DNA of 64,000 nucleotides from Terriglobia bacterium (GTDB lineage Bacteria; Acidobacteriota; Terriglobia; 20CM-2-55-15): NCBI GenBank assembly GCA_965218585.1, contig CBDCLE010000017.1, positions 71,470 to 135,469 of the forward strand, read 5' to 3'. Shown piece by piece: positions 59,067 to 64,000 of this stretch (position 1 is its first letter; each line of letters starts with the position of its first letter). The notes under the pieces were generated by a model. It saw only the letters and a program-made list of their open reading frames with translations, ran no database searches and was not told where the DNA came from. The position numbers and the translations under genes were made by a program.

Positions 59067-60140
59067 TTGGATATATTCTCGGCTATTATGGCACTCGACC
59101 CTTTCAGAAACCTGGCTCTCACCTCCGATCTGCTCCGTCTGGTGGGGGAGATCGACGAGTTCAAAGGAGCCTGGCGGGCGCTGGGCAGCCTCGCGCCCGA
59201 CCGCCTGGCGACCCTGCGCCGTGTGGCAACCGTGGAGTCGGTCGGCTCCTCGACGCGTATCGAGGGCGCGAAGCTCACCGACCGTGAAGTGGACCTGTTG
59301 TTGTCGAATCTGGATCTGGGCTCGTTCCGAAACAGGGACGAACAGGAGGTTGCCGGGTATGCGGAAGCGACGAATACGGTTTTTGATTCCTGGAACCAGA
59401 TTCCCCTGTCGGAAAATCACATCAAGCAGCTTCACGGCGTCCTTCTGAAGTTCTCCACGGAGGATACGCACCATCGGGGCCACTATAAGACCGTCGTGAA
59501 CAACGTCGAGGCCTTCGACGAACACGGACGGAGTGTCGGCGTAATTTTTGAAACCGCGACTCCGTTCGACACGCCACGCATGATCCAGGAACTGGTGGCC
59601 TGGACACAGCAGGAGCTGAAAGATGATCGGCACCATCCCCTGCTTGTAATCGCCGTATTCGTGGTGAGGTTTCTGGCCATCCATCCGTTTCAGGACGGCA
59701 ACGGGAGACTTGCGCGCGTTCTAACCAACCTGCTGTTGCTGCGCTCCGGCTACGCGTACATGCCATACAGTTCGCTGGAGCGGGTTGTCGAAGAAAACCG
59801 GGAGCAGTACTATCGCGCGCTGCGCAGCGCTCAGGGAACCCTCGACCAGGGAGAATCCCACCTGTCCGACTGGCTGAGCTTCTTTCTGCTATGCCTGGTC
59901 TCGCAAAAGGATGTGTTGGCCCGGAAGGTCGAGCGAGAGCGACTGATGACGAGTCTTTCCGAACTGGACGAACGCATCCTCGAGCTCGCCCGGGAGCATG
60001 GCCGGACCACTTTGTCCGAAGTTGTGGCATTGACGCATGCAAACCGAAATACGCTCAAGCTGCACCTTCGAGGGCTGGTTCAGGCCGGCCATCTCCGACT
60101 GCTCGGACGGGGACGGGGGTCGTGGTACGAGATCGCCTGA
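59067..60140 (+). CDS. Fic family protein (AMPylation-competent Fic motif; class II with internal inhibitory SxxxEG helix; C-terminal winged-helix)
   Basis: HPFQDGNGRLAR (HPFx[D/E]GNGR) motif, an upstream STRIEG inhibitory motif, and a C-terminal wHTH-like region (RNTLKLHLRGLVQAGHLRLLGRG). Confidence 0.85.
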   Translation: MDIFSAIMALDPFRNLALTSDLLRLVGEIDEFKGAWRALGSLAPDRLATLRRVATVESVGSSTRIEGAKLTDREVDLLLSNLDLGSFRNRDEQEVAGYAEATNTVFDSWNQIPLSENHIKQLHGVLLKFSTEDTHHRGHYKTVVNNVEAFDEHGRSVGVIFETATPFDTPRMIQELVAWTQQELKDDRHHPLLVIAVFVVRFLAIHPFQDGNGRLARVLTNLLLLRSGYAYMPYSSLERVVEENREQYYRALRSAQGTLDQGESHLSDWLSFFLLCLVSQKDVLARKVERERLMTSLSELDERILELAREHGRTTLSEVVALTHANRNTLKLHLRGLVQAGHLRLLGRGRGSWYEIA

Positions 60141-60554
60141 CTGGATTGATCGCCATGACTGTTCCTCCTAAGGGTACCCCATCTGTGGTCAGCGTCGAGA
60201 GTGCAAATCACTTCGGGCGATAACAGGCAGCCATAGGCGTCACGGGACGGTGCTTTTCTGTTGGGCATGCTGGGCTCATTAGTTCGTGACATGAGCCAAT
60301 CCCTTTCAGTGTGGTTGCTCTGATAATCCCGCCGGCAGGATGCCCCTGAACATTTAAAAACGTCACACAGGTTGTCCGTATTGCACGGATCTGTTTCGCG
60401 ACTACGTCTTTTTAGATAAGTCAATTCATCCACCGATGACGGGAGGGACTGATGGCGAGCAGGAAAGGAAAGGTGACGACAAAAGCCAGAGCGAAAACAC
60501 GTTTCAAGCAAGACGATCGACAGAGCCGAGCTGAAATTCTGTGAAGAGCCGGTC

Positions 60555-61559
60555 GTGCCGGTTCGAGAATTCACGCCAGACATCGGCCCGGAGCGCGCGA
60601 GTCTCATTCGCAACTCCGACCGGAAATGGGCGAACGGAACGAAAACCCATTACCATTTCCTGACCTCACCAGCGGGTTGGGTCGGCAGTGCGGCCGAGAG
60701 GCGAAAAGCCCGGGACGGCTTCCGCGCGTGGAAGAAGGTCGGCATCGGTCTGGACTTCGAGGAGGTCTCCTCGATGGACGAAGCCGAAATCCGGATCGCA
60801 TTCGAGCGGAACGCCGGGCACTGGTCCTACATTGGCCGCGACGTTCTCGGCATTGCTCAGTCCGACCGAACCATGAACATCGACAAGGGCGACAACTGGA
60901 CTGTTGACACCGCAATCCACGAAATCGGTCATTCCCTGGGCTTCCCCCATGAACACCAAAACCCGAACGCCGGGATCGTTTGGAACGAGGAAGCCGTCTA
61001 TGCCAATCTCGCCGCTCCGCCGAATCGATGGCCCCGAGAGAAAACTTTCCACAACATCATTCGCAAGCTCAACCCGGGAGACGTATCTGGCTCTGCCTGG
61101 GACAAGGATTCGATCATGCACTACCCGTTCAGGGCAGGCCTGATCGACCGTCCTGTCCGCTACCGGACGGAGTCGCTCCAGCCGACCCCCGGACTCTCGG
61201 CAGTCGACAAACGTGAGGTGAAATCCTTTTATCCCCGCATTGGCCCCCGTGATCACCGCACGCTCGAAGCGTTCGAGTTTGTGCGTCTGTCTCTTGAGCC
61301 CAGGAAGCAGGTGAATTTCGTCATTCGCCCGGCCGCCACGCGCAGCTATCGCTTCAGCACCTTTGGACGGTCCGACACGGTCATGGTGCTTTTTGAGGAC
61401 GTCAACGGAACCCCGCGTTTCAGCGTAGCTGACGACGACGGCGGTTTCGATCGCAACGCTCGCTTCACGACGCGGTTATTCAAGGGAAGAACCTATTACC
61501 TGCGTGTTCGTCTCTACTTCCAGCATCGACGCGGCGACTTTGGCGTCATGATGTGGTGA
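60555..61559 (+). CDS. astacin-like (M12A) zinc metalloprotease with a C-terminal beta-rich (PPC-like) domain; no signal peptide detected
   Basis: HEIGHSLGFPHEH (HExxHxxGFxHE) and the Met-turn SIMHY. GTG start. The N-terminus MPVREFTPDIGPERAS has no hydrophobic leader. Confidence 0.7.
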   Translation: MPVREFTPDIGPERASLIRNSDRKWANGTKTHYHFLTSPAGWVGSAAERRKARDGFRAWKKVGIGLDFEEVSSMDEAEIRIAFERNAGHWSYIGRDVLGIAQSDRTMNIDKGDNWTVDTAIHEIGHSLGFPHEHQNPNAGIVWNEEAVYANLAAPPNRWPREKTFHNIIRKLNPGDVSGSAWDKDSIMHYPFRAGLIDRPVRYRTESLQPTPGLSAVDKREVKSFYPRIGPRDHRTLEAFEFVRLSLEPRKQVNFVIRPAATRSYRFSTFGRSDTVMVLFEDVNGTPRFSVADDDGGFDRNARFTTRLFKGRTYYLRVRLYFQHRRGDFGVMMW

Positions 61560-61998
61560 CTCGCCGGGAGATTCGCATGGTCGGCTTGACGCTCGACAAG
61601 GGGAGAACCGCATTTAAGAAGGCACGCGAGCTAAACGGAACGTCAACTCACCGGGAGGGACTTAATGATCAATTATTGGCCTCTCAAATTTCTTGAATCC
61701 AAAGTCGTCCGTCGCCGAACTGTGGCCGGACTCCAGCAAATACGAGGCTTAATTCGAGATCAGATGCCTGAGCGTGCTCTTCAGCGTAAACTGGTTCTTG
61801 GAACCTGGAACATACGGAACTTCGATGACAATCGTTTCGGCCACGGCCCCCGCCTGACGGAATCTCTGTTTTACATCGCCGAGGTTATTTCGGCCTTCGA
61901 TGTCATCGCCATCCAGGAAACCGCAAGGGATCTGACCCCGCTCAGGCAGGTGATGACCATCCTGGGCCGGCACTATGAACTCATCGTAACTGACGTCG

Positions 61999-63383
61999 AG
62001 TTATTGTCAAAAGTGGTGTTTTGCCGATTGACTCAAGCGGCGGCCTGATCGACGTGGGTCACTTCGATTCCATCGTTGAATTTCACTCCAGTAATCACCT
62101 TGGGCAGATCATCGAATCCTCGTAATCGTCGCCAGTTCTTTTGAGCGCACTGTCCCAGTTTGAACATCATGTGCAGCATGCCAACCCGCGTCAGGCAACC
62201 CCTGGATCGCTTGGTTCGGTGGCGAATGGTAGCAAAGGTCGACTCAATGGGATTGGTCGTTCGGATGCTCTGCCAGTGCTTGGCCGGGAAGTTGAAGAAG
62301 GCCAGCAGTTCTTCTTTGTCTTTCTGGAGGCAGCGAGTGGCTTTCGGATACTTCGGCTCATAGGTTTCAATGAACAGATCGAATGCCTTCTCGGCGTCTG
62401 CCTGTGTCTGAGCCCGCCAGATCGCGTGCAAAGCCTGTTTCGCCTTCGCCTGGGCCGACTTCGGGAGCCCGTTCAGTACGTTCATGGTCTTGTGCATCCA
62501 GCAACGTTGGTGACGTGTCTCGGGATAGATTTCCTCCAGTGCGGCCCAGAATCCCATCGCACCGTCTCCGATGGCCAACTTCGGGATATTCATCCCACGC
62601 GACTTCAGCTTTAACAAGACCTCGCGCCAACTCTGTGTCGATTCCCGGACACCGTCTTCGATTGCCAGAAAACGTTTCTCTCCGCGTTGATTCGCGCCGA
62701 TCACCACCAGTGCGCACAACTTGGTTTCTTCGGCCCGCAGTCCGCTGTAGATACCGTCGGCCCAGACATAGACCCAGCGATCGGCATCCAATCGCTCCTC
62801 GCATCCCCGGCGGTACTGCTCGGCCCAGACCTGTTTCAACCGCGATACCGTGCTCGCCGACAGGCCCTGCGCCTGGGGTCCGACAAGAACTTTTAGAGCG
62901 TCACCCATCTCGCCGCTGGAGACGCCTTTCAAATACAACCACGGCACCGCTGCTTCCAGCGATTTCGTTTTCCGAATGTAGGGAGGTACCAGGGCCGACC
63001 GGAACGTTACCGGGTCGCCAGTCTTCGCTCGGACTTTCGGGATCTGGACCGTTACCGGCCCCAAACCGGTCTGCAGTTCACGTTCAGGCAGATAACCGTT
63101 GCGCACCACCCCGGCGTTGCCCGTCTCGGTTCTCCGATCGCCGTGGTGGGATAGCAGTTCCGCCAATTCGGTTTCCACCGCGCGTTGGATCAGTTGCTGA
63201 GCTCCAACTCGTAGTAGCTCTGTTATCGGATCCTCAATCGTCTCTCGACCCTCCGGTCCAGTCACGTTACTCTTGCTCATAGTGGCGTATCTCCCTTGGT
63301 TGCTTTGAAGTCTGGTAAACAACAAATCAACCAGATACGCCGCTCTTCCTCAATCCCTTAAACACCAGATTCGGTTATAACTC
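61999..63383 (-). mobile_element. IS256-family insertion sequence (distinct from the other two copies), 1385 bp, with 9-bp target-site duplication ACTGACGTC
   Basis: IRs GAGTTATTGTCAAAAGTGGTGTTT and GAGTTATAACCGAATCTGGTGTTT (reverse complement of the right end). ACTGACGTC occurs at 61990-61998 and again at 63384-63392. Confidence 0.85.
62033..63279 (-). CDS. IS256-family transposase (mutator-type DDE)
   Basis: Conserved IS256 transposase blocks (WQSIRTTNPIESTF, CWMHK). The start is likely at the MSKSNVT Met (63279), although the ORF extends to 63325. Confidence 0.9.
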
Positions 63384-64000
63384 ACTGACGTCACAGAGGG
63401 GCCCAGTGGGAACCTGGAGCGCCTCGCCTTCATTTACGACACGAACAAAGTATGGTTTCGCGACATCGCAGGAGAGATCGTCCTGCCTTTCAAGAAGCAG
63501 ATCAGCGATGTCACAAAGCGCAGATAGTTTGCTAGAACGCCGTTTACGTGTGCTTTCCAATCCGGTTGGTTCAAATTCGTCCTGTCTACGGTCCACATCT
63601 ACTACGGCAAACAGTCCAAGACGAGCAATGAATATAAAAGACGCGTCCGGGGAAATCGAGGGCATAGCGAAATTCCTCAAGGACCGAGCCGATGACGAAA
63701 AGGACAACTACATTCTCGTCGGTGACTTCAACATTGATAAGCCGGGCGACCCCACCTTTAACGCTTTAGCGGATCAAGGGTTTTCGCTGTTTCAGAACAA
63801 GATCGGTAGCAACCAGAAGAAGACCAAACATTATGACCAGATCTCATGGCTGCCCTCAGAACCGGGATTACTACAAACCGAGGGCGATCGAAATCAAGGA
63901 GTGCTGGACGTCTTCTCGGCCGTATTCAAGGAAACAGACTTTCCGAAGTACAAGAGAATTGTCGTAAAGACTCTCAAGAACAAACTCGATAGAGCCAAGT

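Larger units (their letters stand above)
61665..64000 (+). pseudogene. endonuclease/exonuclease/phosphatase (EEP, DNase I-like) family gene, low GC, interrupted by an IS256-family insertion at 61999..63383 and carrying an in-frame TAG (63525) and a frame break in an A4 run (~63636); continues past the window end
   Basis: N-terminal LVLGTWNIRNF...DVIAIQE and C-terminal ILVGDFNIDKPGDP motifs of EEP enzymes. The reading frame is contiguous across the insertion once the IS and one TSD copy are removed. Confidence 0.75.

Noticed and set aside
60452-60544. 30-aa basic ORF upstream of the astacin-like gene as a possible leader or antitoxin
   Set aside because: It has no RBS or homology evidence. 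Its composition (K/R-rich) is common for random high-GC ORFs. It is mentioned only as context.
1-64000. CRISPR arrays, rRNA or tRNA genes
   Set aside because: No short direct-repeat/spacer periodicity and no tRNA T-arm/acceptor signatures were seen. The only repeats found are the two-copy 75-nt element, the two palindromic hairpins and the IS copies.

Overview
This is a high-GC (~60%) bacterial chromosomal window, Gram-negative by its genes (LepB, Slt, ECF/ZAS sigma pair, many Sec signal peptides), and densely coding.

Most of the window (roughly 11-56 kb) is core or housekeeping: uvrB, rnc, lepB, asnS, coaE, folD, thrC, hpt, dcp, glycerate kinase, IMPase, peptidases and a solute symporter.

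Accessory or mobile content:
- Three IS256-family elements. Copy 1 (8377-9741) has a perfect 8-bp target duplication and sits inside the 5' coding region of an ECF sigma gene. Copy 2 (56871-58147) is ~99% identical, inverted, and 5'-truncated, with truncated PAS and phosphoesterase genes on its flanks. The third, distinct element (61999-63383) has a 9-bp duplication and splits a low-GC EEP-nuclease gene.
- A low-GC islet (47.0-48.2 kb) carrying an aspzincin (M35)-like HExxH peptidase with no signal peptide.
- A right-end accessory block (about 56.4 kb to the window end) with IS copy 2, a phosphoesterase fragment, a class-II Fic protein, an astacin-like metalloprotease with no signal peptide, and the IS-disrupted EEP gene.

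The most system-like unannotated unit is a co-directional minus-strand cluster at 62-8173. It encodes a heterodimeric ABC exporter, an SDR, two paralogous secreted tandem beta-repeat proteins (one with CxxxxCH) and a radical SAM enzyme. It is transcribed divergently from the IS-disrupted ECF sigma / zinc anti-sigma / periplasmic-protein module.

The window also shows many single-base frame disruptions, several at homopolymers (G5, A7, A4). They could be assembly indel errors, so split genes are annotated as CDS with caveats unless an IS also interrupts them.

No rRNA, tRNA or CRISPR array was recognised.
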